From: Eledone cirrhosa | Taxonomy: Eukaryota | Length of the DNA stretch: 64,000 bases | NCBI GenBank assembly: GCA_964016885.1 | Contig: OZ024742.1 | Coordinates: 138,198,001 to 138,262,000 of the forward strand | Direction: 5' to 3' | Shown: positions 12,450 through 25,204 of the stretch, one piece after another | How positions within the stretch are numbered: position 1 is the stretch's first letter | How the letters are laid out: each line of letters begins with the position of its first letter | The notes under the pieces: model-generated | What the model was told of the DNA's origin: nothing | The model's input: the letters and a program-made list of their open reading frames with translations, nothing else | The model's database searches: none | Position numbers and translations under genes: made by a program

Positions 12450-12657
12450 GTTTCTGATTTAGGCACAAGGCCAGCAATTTCCGAGAAGAGTAATGTCGAT
12501 TACATCTACCCCAGTGCATGACTGGTACTTTATTCTGTCAACCCCGTAAGTATGAAAGGCAAACCAACCTCGGCGAGATTTGAACTAAGAAAGTAGAAAA
12601 TTGTCACACTATGCCGCAAAACATGTTGTTCGACGCTTTACCGATTTTGCCAATCCA
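12449..12657 (-). mobile_element. tRNA-derived SINE of octopus type; its 3' end abuts the (ATT)n run
   Basis: A-box-like TTGGCAAAATCGG, B-box GTTCAAATC, core GCCTTTCAT..GGGGT..AAAGTACCAGT, 3' CCTTGTGCCTAAA; homologous to other copies in the window. Confidence 0.8.
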
Positions 12658-13670
12658 GTACCTTAATAATAGAAGAAGAAGAACGATGACATGTTGCACG
12701 TGCTGTTTCATTCGTGGGTACAGTTTGTACAATTTTATATATTTACACCTACGGTCATAGGTCCAAAATGAATTCATTGGTTTCAGTTGGGACCCGAAAG
12801 TCCTGAAAAAATATGCAATAATTATTCGCGTGGAACACACTTTTGGAAGCCGTTCCAACTTTCATCTGCCCCTAATCATTCAAAAAAATTTGAAATGGAC
12901 TTTCCCAAAAGTTCAAAAAAACTTTTGAGAAGAAAGTGGAAGTTAGATGTCAAGTTGGTTAATCGCTGCTAGCAACAATATAAACAGGTTTATACTAGTG
13001 GTGACAGCACTGCGGATCCACCGTAGACTCTTTCGGTCTCTACCCGCTGTCCTCTCGTTACAGTGCCGGCCTCCTTCCACGCCATGCTGCTCTCAACGGG
13101 GTCATAAAGCATGGCTTGGATGATGTAGGTTTCCCCTCCTAGCTCGAGCCTGCGAGGCTGGATCGAGGGGACGGCAAAAGGCCAGGCAGCATGACCATCT
13201 TCCTATTCCGCAGTGTACGACTAACCCAGGCTGTGCTGCACTTCTTGCCGAGGAGGGTAAACTCTCCAAATATCAATCGTTCTCTGACAGTTTTGCGGTC
13301 TATCCCGTATCAATGGAGACTTCTGGTGTCCTTAGTCCTAGGATCAACTCGATACTCACTATCATTGGCACAGAGTTGTTTACCCGCAGGTGTGAAATTC
13401 GCGATCTGGAATGGCTCTTCCAACGCGTCTCCCCCATCATCCTCCATGGAAAAGTGTTCTCTATTCTGTCCGCCGGGGTCGCGGGGTGACCAGCGCGTGG
13501 ACCCCAATTTGCTCATAACAATGAGAGATGGGAAGAGTGACTGTGGATTGGTCAGCTACATACTGGTTAATTTTAACAGCAGTAACTTTCGTTGACCGAA
13601 TCAAGTAGAGCAGTCGACGTCGGAAACGACGGATGTCCAATAGCGTATATAGGTATATATATATGTATAT

Positions 13671-13794
<124 letters not shown>

Positions 13795-13846
13795 TGACAC
13801 CCAAAAGTATTAGAGTCGGCAGTTCTGTTTACATGTTTAGCTTCCA

Positions 13847-16708
13847 TTATCCGGGTCCCTGTCTATGAGTTCTATCAAGGTTGACTACGCAGGTGACTAA
13901 TTTGTGGTCTGAGTAAGTAACCATGTGAATTTCTGGACAGCTTAATGTTTCCTTATATTTCTGTCTAATTAAAAATCTATCTAAATACGATCTAGAAGAC
14001 CCAGTGCGGTTGCCCCACATACACAGTGGTACACTTGGGAAGTCTAGTCGATATCTATCAGCCAGTTGGAATTGGCTGATGAGAATTTTGAGGCTATTAC
14101 ACCCCTCTATTATCACAAGCTCCTACATAGTCCCAAAAGCATCTAAGATGCCATTCCAGTCCCCCGCTAAGACTAAGGAGCGAGACGTTCCTAGGAATGG
14201 CTCCAGACGGTTGGAGAACTCTGGTCGCGATGTCCCAGTCGGGGCATATACGGCCACCAGTCTGAAAGCTCCACCTTCACTACCATTCACGTCCAAGACC
14301 ACCAAGCTGCCCTCCGGGACCAAGTGAATCGTTTGTGCTTTGAGATCCAAGTTTTTTCGAAACAGAACAGCAACTCTCCCTCCATCCCCTGGCTGACAGA
14401 GAGATGCGTAGATCTCAAAGTCATCGAACATGGTGTTTAGCTGCTGCCTGTCGTGAATCCTGGACTCGGTGATGGCTATCACATCTATACAATGTGACCT
14501 GAGATCATTTAAAAGCTGGCCCTGTTTCCAGGGCATGCACAGTCCACGTACATTCAAACATCCAACTTGTATAGTCGCCCTGTTGGTGAAGAAGAGTTAG
14601 GAACAGAAAAGGCAGGAACACTTACCTTTTCATTTCCTGGAGGTCGAGTTGTTCGATCTCCATGTCCAGATTGGTGGTGTTTGGGGAGGGAGGGAATCCT
14701 TTTAGCGGGACACGGTTAAGGGGCTTTTGGCAAAGGGGGCCCACTTTCAATGTTTCATGTTGTAGAGTTGTTACCCTAATCAGGTTGAGGTTTAGGGGTG
14801 GGTCGTTGCTGGGGAAGGTTTTCCCTTCCGTTTAGATAATAGGGTCCTTTTTGACAGTGTCTACCAATTCTTTGTTTGTTGTTTTTATGTATGTGTAATG
14901 TGTTTTGTTTTTTATGTGTGCTGTTCCTGTTTGTAGTTTTATTTTTGTGGTTGGGGTTTGTGATTGTGGTGGTGTGGGTGTTTGTTTTGTTGGTGAAGTG
15001 TTTGGTTGTGTTGGTGGTGATTGTGCCGTTGGTGTGTTTGTCGTTTGTGGCGGTGTATTTATGGTGGGGTTGGGTGTGTGCGTATTTTCTGTAGATGTTT
15101 TTGTTTTTGTGGGGTTTTTTTGTCTCTTTTTTTTTTGTTTTCTGGATTTTTGAGGTTCCTCTTCATTCTCACTTGGAGATGTAGAGGTTCCCGTGTCTGA
15201 GACTTCTGAATCAGAGGTAGATGGGAGGGGTATGTTGTGTGGTGGAGTGTTTGTGCAGGTGTTTGTGGAAGTATTTGACAGGGACGGAGGAGGCAATGGA
15301 GGGTTTTTCAGTGGGATTTTGTGTGTTTGGTTGTCTCTGGTCTGTGGTGGTGTGGGAGTGGTTGTTGCAGATTTTTGTGTTGTGTTTGCTTTGGGGTGTT
15401 GATGTTGGGATTTGGGTTTTGGTAATAACACCTTGTTTATCCTCGGTTTATTTAAGAGAGGGCAAAAGGCCTTTAAGTGTGTGGTTTTCCCACACTTATG
15501 GCGCTGAGGTGTTTTCCCCTCCACTAAAATGGAGATGACATCTTCCTCAAGGACGATCCTGTCCGGTATTTTCTCAACTCTCTCTGGCCTCATCTGTACC
15601 AGAACCTCGATGCAGGTCCCAAACCAGTCATTCCGGTCTGTCCTGTCTACAGATAGGAGGGTGTCCTCAACCTTCTTCAGGATGCAGCGTAGGATCCACC
15701 ATATGTTGACATCTGCTGGGATCCTGGTTATTTTTATTTTGTAGGATCTTGTTCACATGTATGTGGGGAAGAAGATGTGTTGATCCGTTTTTATTGGGTG
15801 AACCGAGTGTTTTTGAGCCAGAGTTTCGCTCTTAAAGAGCACTGACACACTTCCATACTGTTTACCTCTTTGGAGGTATGCCACGTCTGGCTTGATATCT
15901 TTTAGTGCAGCTTCAATAGTGCTTGTTGAGAGCGTTATGGGTTTTTTGGTAGTGATGTCAACTGTTCTATAGATTAGTTTCTTTTTCTGTGTCATCTCTC
16001 TTACTTGTGTGGGTATGTGTATGTGTGAGTGTCTCCCTCAAACGTCACATTGCTGGAAGCTTCTTCCAAATATTGGGACTTTTGGGAAATGCCCATAGGA
16101 TAATGTTTAAAATCCTGTTGCTTAACATGTTATTTTGTTAGAAATGTTATTATTGTTGTTGTTGGTGGTGATGATGATGTCTTATTCGTTGTTTTGCCGA
16201 TGATTCCTTTTCTTGTTTTGTTGTTGTTCTCATTTATTGTGTTGTTGTTGTTGTTGCTGTTTGTGGTGGTGTTAGTATTTGCTATACATTCTTCCTTCTG
16301 TGTGTGGATACATGTGACGTTTGAGGCGTGTTCAGTTGCTTACAAGCAGCTGAAGCTTGTTCCTAAATGTTGAGGCCATAATGTTGGTATTCCTTTGTCC
16401 ATGTATGCTACTACCTGCTGGTCAAGTAGGCATGGCTTTCCCTTCCCAACTTCTTGTATTGACAAAGAAGTAGGTGCCTTTGCTCCAGCAATTTTTTTTA
16501 AAAATTGAAGTGTTTTGCAAAAATATTTTCGAAAATATGTTGGATGTTTTGCCCTGAGGGGCACGATATTTTGGGAGTCTGACCAGATCAAAATTTGATT
16601 TCTCAGTCCCTCTAAAAATTGGTATAAAAATAAAAGTTCACAATGATGAATTTCTAAAGAAATTTAAACAAAACTTACTGAGCAAGTTTAACACATGTCT
16701 CCATCAAA
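13847..16708 (-). mobile_element. Tx1 LINE copy B: 5'UTR, degenerate ORF1 and ORF2 endonuclease; truncated after the endonuclease
   Basis: ORFs 15753-15995, 14832-15593 (HKCGKTTHLKAFC), 14123-14557 and 13847-14116 (GDWNG, YLDRF, SDHK); 5' end abuts (GATA)n. Confidence 0.9.
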
Positions 16709-16744
16709 GATAGATAGATAGATATATCGATAGATAGATAAATA
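16709..16744. repeat. (GATA)n microsatellite; further runs at 17509-17540, 18298-18350 and 19830-19845
   Basis: Direct reading. Confidence 0.93.
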
Positions 16745-17507
16745 AATATATTTCTTTATTACCCACAGGGGCACAAAAGAAGGGGACAAATACAAAGGGG
16801 GAAGTTTACATACAATAAAAACGTGTAAAATGTTATCACAGATGGAATTTAAAAAAGTTAGTCGATTTTCCCCAGTAGAGGGAGACAGTTTATATGGGTA
16901 ACACATACCCCCGAAAAAAAATGTGCAACCCTCATCTCCAGGAGTACGAAGAGCTTGTACTCCTTTCCTCTCCTCCTCCTTTTCCTCAACCTACAGGCTG
17001 ATATAGAGAGAAGGCCCATTCACTCGGGCCATTCTCGCCACTTTCACCCACCTTTCATAAAACTTGCTGGGGTACAGCACCTCTCTCTCCATCTTGATTC
17101 TTCTTCCAAAGTGGTATTTGAAAAAAAGAATCAGTTATTGGCCGGAGAGAAAGGTGTCTGACCTCAGCCCTTTCAACCTTGTCCACCATACAACCTCTTT
17201 CGCCATAGCTATCACACAAAGGAAAACCGCCTCTCCTTCGTTTTTGAAGGAGGGTGGCGGTTTGATCATGACAATGGACTCGGTGGTCAACTGGATTGGT
17301 CCCACCCGCGACAATAGTCGTTCTACATAGCCCCACAGGTCAGTGACGCCCGGGCAGTGTATGAATGCGTGCGCGACGGTTTCTTCGTCTCGCACGCACC
17401 TCGGACAGATCTTTTTTGCAGGGTCCCTGCCCGGGCGCCCATGTCTGTAGAACTTGTCTCGAACTGGTAGAGCTCCTCGGTAGCACTGCCAGGCCAGGGA
17501 CTTTTGG

Positions 17508-17508
<1 letters not shown>
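16745..17508 (-). mobile_element. Tx1 3' fragment in (GATA)n
   Basis: QKSLAWQCYRGALP..CPRC..ETVAHAFIHC; 3'UTR with AATAAA before the (TATC)n tail. Confidence 0.92.
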
Positions 17509-17540
<32 letters not shown>

Positions 17541-18296
17541 TATTTCTTTATTAGCCACAGGGGCACAAAAGAAGGGGACAAATACAAAGGGGGAAGTTTA
17601 CATACAATAAAAACGTGTAAAATGTTATCACAGATGGAATTTAAAAGGTAGTCGATTTTCCCCAATAGAGGGAGACAGTTTATATGGGTAACACAGACCC
17701 CCGAAAAAAATGTGCAACCCTCATCTCCAGGAGTACGAAGAGCTTGTACTCCTTTCCTCTCCTCCTCCTTTTCCTCAACCTACAGGCTGATATAGAGAGA
17801 AGGCCCATTCACTCGGGCCATTCTCGCCACTTTCACCCACCTTTCATAAAACTTGCTGGGGTACAGCACCTCTCTCTCCATCCTGATTCTTCTTCCAAAG
17901 TGGTATTTGAAAAAAAGAATCAGTTGTTGGCCGGAGAGAAAGGTGTCTGACCTCAGCCCTTTCAACCTTGTCCACCATACAACCTCTTTCGCCATAGCTA
18001 TCACACAAAGGAAAACCGCCTCTCCTTCGTTTTTGAAGGAGGGTGGCGGTTTGATCATGACAATGGACTCGGTGGTCAACTGGATTGGTCCCACCCGCGA
18101 CAATAGTCGTTCTACATAGCCCCACAGGTCGGTAACGCCCGGGCAGTGTACGAATGCGTGCGCGACGGTTTCTTCGTCTCGCACGCACCTCGGACAGATC
18201 TTTTTTGCAGGGTCCGTGCCCGGGCGCCCATGTCTGTAGAACTTGTCTCGAACTGGTAGAGCTCCTCGGTAGCACTGCCAGGCCAGGGACTTTTGG

Positions 18297-18297
<1 letters not shown>
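17541..18297 (-). mobile_element. Tx1 3' fragment, near-identical tandem twin of 16745-17508
   Basis: Same 5' truncation point (CTTTTGGA|GATA), few SNPs. Confidence 0.92.
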
Positions 18298-18350
<53 letters not shown>

Positions 18351-18352
<2 letters not shown>

Positions 18353-19828
18353 TTCTTTATTTACCATAAAGGCATAAAAAGAAGGGACAAATACAAAGGG
18401 GGAGTTTACATATAATCGAGTAAAAAGGGTGTAACATGAAAATAATCGAAAATAACCTCAAAAGGGAGGGGACGTGATGGGGGTTGCACACACCCCCGAA
18501 AAAGTGTGCAATCCTTTTCCCGGGGAGCACATGGAGAAGGTGCTCCCCTCTCCTTTACTTCTTTACCTACAGGATGGTATACAGAGAAGGCCCATTTACA
18601 CGAGCCATTCTCGCCACTATCACCCACCTTTCATAAAACTGCCTGTGGCCAAGCACCTCTCTCTCCATTCTTATCCTTCTTCCGAAGTGATATCGGAAGA
18701 AGTAGACCAGACTATGGCCAGAGAGGAAGTTGCCTGACCTCAGACCTTTCAATCGTGTCCACCAAACAACCTCTTTCAACATGGCTATTACGCACAGAAA
18801 AACCGCCTTTGCTTCCTTTGTGAAGAGGGGAGGCGGTTTGATTGTCATCACGGACTCGGCGGTCAATTTAATCGGCGCCACCCGCGACAGCAGTTGTTCG
18901 GCGTAGCCCCACAGATCAGCCACGCCCGGACATTGCACCAATGCGTGCGCTACGGTTTCTTCGTGACGCACGCATCTAGGGCAAATCTTTTTTGAGGGAT
19001 CCCTGCCCGGGCGCCCGTGTCTGTAGAGCCTCTCTCGAACGGGTAGAGCCCCTCGGTAGCACTGCCAGGCCAGTGACTTCTGGAAGTTGTCCATTGGTCC
19101 TGGGCCGAAAGTCCTACCGAACAGGCTGGCCAGTTCGTCTTCTTCCATGTCCAGCGACTCTCCAAGGGTGTCATCGCCCCTGCTAGCCACCAGCCCTCTA
19201 TAGAATGATGAGGTGGATTCTCCACCGATGGTCCGGCCCGCTTGCCAGAGAGCCCTGAGCGCCTGAGCACACTCAGTGTGCCAGTCTCCCAGTTTTGCGG
19301 ATCTTTGCTTGACCCAGGACTGTAGCTCAGTGAGTGAGACGAGTCTCGGAAAGGCTCGTTTCACGAACGGAGCCCACACCGGTTGACCAGTGAGGAATAC
19401 CTGTAGGTGCCGTAGCCTTAATGCGTGCCTACGCATCATCAACCACGGCATCCCCAGCCCTCCTTTCGAAGGTTGTTGGCAGCAGATGGATCTTCTCACC
19501 ATAGGAGGACGCTTCTTCCAAAGAAATTGGAAGAGCATGCGTTCCATGGTGGTGAGTGTTTCCTTAGGGCAAGGCACGACAGTCAGGCGGTAGTAAGTGA
19601 CGGACGCTATGTAAATGTTCGCCACCTCCGCCCGGCCTTTTAGGGACAGCTTACACTTGGCCCATTCTGGGTTAGTGCAAACACCTTGTTCGTAACCTCG
19701 TTCCAGTTCTTTTCCACCTGGAGGTCCGGTCCAAACCAGACCCCAAGCAACTTTACCGGGCCCTCCGTCCAGTGTCCGACGACACCGTCAGGAGGCATCG
19801 GTTTGCCTCTCCACGTTCCGAGTTGCAG
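18351..19828 (-). mobile_element. Longer Tx1 3' fragment (related subfamily) in (GATA)n
   Basis: ORFs 18567-19625 and 19640-19882; (GATA)n at both ends. Confidence 0.92.
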
Positions 19829-20318
19829 ATTAGATAGATAGATAGGATATATATCTGTATTTTCTGTATCCAACTCAACCATTAATTATTCAATTGTCTA
19901 CTTTTGTTTTGTTTTTTCTTTTGATTTTTTGCAATGTATTTTTCTTTCATTTCCTCCTTGAACTATTTCCCATCTACTTTTGTAAGTCCATTTCATCCAT
20001 TCATGTATTTATCTATTTTTAACTGTCATCGAAAGCTTTCCATCACAAATTCTAACCCACTCATACAGACACTCTTCATCACCTACTTCTATTCATATTT
20101 GCTGACCTTACTGAAGGATCAGTGTGCTTACTCTTCTTGTAGGCACCGTTGACAAACACCACCAAACTACATTTCATATCGTGTAGTCACTATTCTCAGA
20201 AGGCAATTCTACCTGCCCATCATCGTGTAGTCACTATTCTGGAAATGCTATTCTACACAGAAAACTTTGAAGATACAAGTGTGTATCTACCTATTTGTCT
20301 CTCCGATGATATATATAC

Positions 20319-20399
<81 letters not shown>

Positions 20400-20527
20400 A
20401 AGTTATATTTAAAATTGTTGGGTTACAACTAGTAAATATTTATAACTGATATAAAAGCACTCGACAAATATTTGGAGTATATTTACAATATTAAATAAAT
20501 GGAAAACTATATTTATAAAACCATATT

Positions 20528-20593
20528 TATTTCATTATATATATTTCGGGGATATCATATTAACAATATGCTATGCCTTCATCAGACAAAATA
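20528..20593 (-). ncRNA. Minimal type I hammerhead ribozyme of PLE type, within an AT-rich element at 20398-20606
   Basis: Minus strand TATTTTGT-CTGATGA-AGGCATAGCATATT.GTT.AATATGATATCCCC-GAAA-TATATATA-ATGAAATA. Confidence 0.65.
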
Positions 20594-20833
20594 CAATATA
20601 AACAGTTTTATAGATAAATATATTCGACATACCGTATTACCCACTCTACTACCCTAAGTGCGTTATATATATATATATATAACGCACTTAGGGTAGTAGA
20701 GTGGGTAATAGGAAAAGAGTCAGGGGACTCCGATGGCTGATATATGGCCATTTCTACAGCTAGATCCGAACTCGGATCTAGCTGTCGAATTTTGCTGACT
20801 AAACCCGGAATACCCATATCTACCTATCTATCT

Positions 20834-23800
20834 TTCTGGGATGGACACACGCGTGAAACTTGTTGGGTAAGTTCAGCCTAAATTTCTATAGACATTCCTA
20901 ACTGTAAACCTTCATTTTTTTACCAATTTGTAGAGGGACTGCCAGGTCAAATTTTGATCTGGTCAGTCTCTCAAAATATTCTACGCCTTTAGGCGAAATA
21001 GTTCACAAAAGTTTTTTTGGGAAAAGCTAACATTTTTTTTTAATGGCTGAAGCTTCTTCACCAACATTCGAAGGAGGAAAGGGGAATATATGCTTATAGC
21101 TACCCCCTGCCACTGTCATAGTAGCAGATTTCAAAGACAAAGGTCAGCCAGAGGAAGGATTTTCTCCACCTGCTGAGCGACAACTTGACGTTGCCATGGC
21201 AACAAACCAAAAGTGTGAAACGATGAACAAAAACAACACAACCAGCGGCACCAGCAACAACAACAACAAAACTGCTATGAACGAAAACAACACCAACAAC
21301 AATAACAATAACAACAACAACAAGACCAATAACTGCAACAAGGAAGTAAACGACAAAATATCGTTTGCGCAAACCGTAAAGAAAACGGAAAGCTACACTC
21401 CGGTAGATATTTCAAATGCAAATGAACTTTTGAATAACGCCAGACAGTACATAACTTTTGGGGAGGACGGATCATTCTCCATAAACTCTCCCCCAGATTT
21501 GCGAAGAGAGGCTGCCGTGAAAACTGTGGTTTTCTGGACAGTCTCAAACAAAACCCGAAAACCGACTCAACTTTCACAAGGCGAAATTGAGTTGGCTTTA
21601 GAAGATGCCTTAAAAGACATTGCTTTCATTCAGAAGGGTAGACTCTACGGGAGTTTATCCATTCTGAAATACTCTGTGTCGTCAATTGTGTCACCGTTGT
21701 TCACCTTTTTCCCCCACTTACATGGGGAAAAGAACACAGAAAATAAAAATCCAAAGTATCACACAAATATTGATATTTGGTGGGTACTATGTGGATTTTT
21801 AAACCTCGAAAAAGACACAATAATATCGGTAGGTAAGTCCTCCGGCGACCTGTTCAGCGGAACTAGCCTGGAAATTCTGGTCCAAATGACACCAGAACGA
21901 ATAGCTAGGATCCCGGAACGTGTGCTGCTGGATGGTCTTATATACATAAAATTTCGGTCGAGGGTAGGCGGCCCTCATGTTACCACTGCCTAAGCAGGGA
22001 TCCCCTGATAGCTTCCTGTCCTCGGCTAACTAGCCAAAAAAGGCATTACTGCTAACACATGCAACACCAGCACAACAATTACCACCACAACCACCACCCC
22101 AACAATAACAATAACATAAAAAAATAGTGACAACAAAACAAACGACAAACACAGTTCCACCCAACCCCTCCCCACCTAAAACAACTCCAGAAACACCCAC
22201 ACACATAACAGATCCCCAAAATTTACCCCTCCCCAACAACACGGATGAGGCCTCATCATCGTCACCCAGTGACGATGAGGGAGAGCCTTTCCGACCAGTC
22301 AAAAGAAAAAAGAAACGGCATAACACAAGCATAAATGCAACAAACACACAAACACCAACACAAGCGACGCAAACAGCACAAACAAAAACACCCCCTCCTG
22401 AAAAGAAAATACCTACAACAAAACGTGAACACACACAAGAACCACAGACAAAAAGCAACACAACACAACAAAAATGTTACACCTACATAAATACTAACAA
22501 TAAAACTTCAACAGCTACCATATATAAAAACCCTTCGGTGTAGACCGAAGGGAAAACTTTTACACACTCTTCGGAGAATCCTAATCTTAAAATGATTAGC
22601 ATCTCCTGTGGACACACATAAACAGTTAAAAGAAAAATTTCATAACGACATGGGTAACCCCTGCGTCAAATCCAATAACGGCGTCCTTTTGAAATGCCCC
22701 CCCCCCCCCGTCACCCCAACCCCACCCCCACCAAACATCTCTGTACCCTCCCCGCCAGAGACCACCACCCCACCAAACAACCCCTCCAACACCTCCATGG
22801 AAATTGTGCAGCCTTCTCCTCAGGAGACGAAAAGGTAAGTGATTTCTTTTCCTCTTCTTTTAACTTTTCAGCACCAACATGGCCAATAACAGAGTTGGAT
22901 GTGTGAATGTACGCGGCCTGGGGATGCCCTGGAAACACACCAAACATCTCCGTACCCTCCCCGCCAGAGACCACCACCCCACCAAACAACCCCTCCAACA
23001 CCCCCATGGAAATTGTACAGCCTACTCCACAGGGGACGAAAAGGTAAGTGATTTCTTTTCCTTTTAACTTTTCAGCACCAACATGGCCAATAAAAGAGTT
23101 GGATGTGTGAACGTACGCGGCCTGGGGATGCCCTGGAAACAGAGCAAACCCTTAAACGACCTCTGGTCGCACAGTATGGATGTAGTAGCCATTTGCGAGT
23201 CCAGGATCCACAGCCAGCCCCAACTGGCCCCCATCTTCGACGACTTTGAGATCTACGCATCTCTCTGTCAGCCGGGAGATTGGGGTGGGGTTGCCATTTT
23301 GCTGCGGAAACACCTGGACCTCGTAACACAGACGGTACATCTGGACTCGGAGGGTCGACTGGTGGTCCTAGACGTTGACGGTAGTGAAGGTGGAGCCTTC
23401 AGGCTGGTGGCCGCATATGCCCCATCGGGGACACCGCGGCCAGACGTCTTCAAACGTCTAGAGACTTTTCTGGGAACGTCCCGCTCCTTGCTGTTAGTGG
23501 GGAACTGGAATGGAATCCTAGATGCACGTTGGGACTATGTGGGAGCATGTCCCGATAGAGGGGGAGTGTAACAGCCTCAAACAGTTAATCGGCCGATTTG
23601 ACCTGGCTGATAGGTATCGACTAGATTTTCCGACTGTGCCACTGTAGACGTGGACTAATCGTAGCGGAACATCTAGATCGTACCCAGATAGGGTTCTAGT
23701 TAGAAAGAAGAATAAGGACATGTTAAGCTGTCCACAAATGTTCATGGTTGCCTATTCAGATCAGAAATTAGTGACCTGCTTAGTCAATCTTGACAAAACC

Positions 23801-25130
23801 CAAAGACCCGGCTACTGGAAGCTGAACTTGTCGTTACCGACATGCAAAACCTACAGTAGACGGATTAGCACTTTAGTTAAGCAACACTTCACGGGCACCA
23901 TTGTCAACACAGATGGTGGTACTCTCTCAAGTGGGCAGATTAGACTCGATAGGTTTTAGTAAAGAATTAGTGTTAGATAGAAATAAGACAAGACCGAAAA
24001 GGAACTGGTAGATAAAGTAGAAGAGGTACTTAGGAGTGGCAACGTAACCAGCGTGCTAGCGAGGAGAACGGCCTTGGACCAGTTCTTCGACGCAAAGCAT
24101 GAAGGCTGCGTTGTCAGAAGCAACCCTCGCCAAAATTGAGCGCGCTCTTCCAATTCCTTTGGAAGAAACGGGCTCCTTTGGTGAGAAGATCCATCTGCTA
24201 CCAACACCCTTCAAACGGAGGCTGGGGATGCCGTGGGTGACGATGCGCAAACACGCGCTCAGGCTGCGGCACCTCCACGTATTCCTCACCGGACAACCGG
24301 TGAGGGGCCCGTTCGTGAGGCGAGCCTTCCCACGATTCGTCTCGCTGACCGAGCTGCAGTCTTGGGTCAAGCAAAGACAGAGGAAAATGGGCGACTGGCA
24401 TATCGAATGTGCTCAAGCGCTCACAGTCCTCTGGAAAACGGACCCGGCGATCAGTGGAGTCTCCACTTCGACATTCTATAGAGGGTTGGTCCGCAGCAAG
24501 TGCGACGACGCGCACGGAAACTGGGCGTAGAGGAGGACGAACTGGCCAGTCTATTCGGTAGGACCTTCCGCCCGGAACCAATGGACAACTTCCAAAAGTC
24601 CCTGGCCTGGCAGTGCTACCAAGGAGCTCTACCATTTCGAGACAAGGTCTACAGTCACGGGCGCCCGGGCAGGGACCCTTCGAAAAAGATCTGATCGAGA
24701 TGCGTGCGCGACGAGGAAACTATCGCGCACGCATTTGTACGCTGCCCGGGAGTTACCGACCTGTGGGGCTATGTAGATCGACTATTGTCGTGGGTGGGAC
24801 CAATCCAGTTGACCACCGAGTCCATTGTCATGATCAAACCGCTACCCTCCTTCAAAAACGAGGGAGAGACGGTTTTCCTATGTGTTATGGCTATGGTGAA
24901 AGAGGTTATATGGTGGACGAGGTTAAAACGGCTGAGGTGAGACACCTTTCTCTCCGGCGAGCAACTGATTCGTTTTTTCAAATATCATTTTGGTAGAAGA
25001 TTCAGGATGGAGAGAGAAGTGCTGTATCCCAGCAAATTTGATAAAAGGTGGGTGAATGTGGCGAAGATGGCCTGAGTGGTTGGGCCTCCTCTCTATATAA
25101 GCCTGTAGGTTGAGGAAAAAGAGGAAGAGC
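20834..25130 (+). mobile_element. Tx1 LINE copy C: 5'UTR, ORF1, endonuclease and ORF2 C-terminus; RT deleted; junction duplicated
   Basis: 5'UTR homologous to copy B; ORF1 pieces 21196-22838; MANKRVGCVNVRG endonuclease; jump from HEGCVVR to post-RT sequence near 24119; preceded by a TATC remnant. Confidence 0.9.
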
Positions 25131-25167
25131 GTTATGGTCCACTTGGTATCTTACCACACCTTCTGTG

Positions 25168-25199
<32 letters not shown>

Positions 25200-25204
<5 letters not shown>

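Noticed and set aside
12990-13650. LTR-element PBS/gag (TGGTGACA)
   Set aside because: No LTR and no recognisable gag or pol motif
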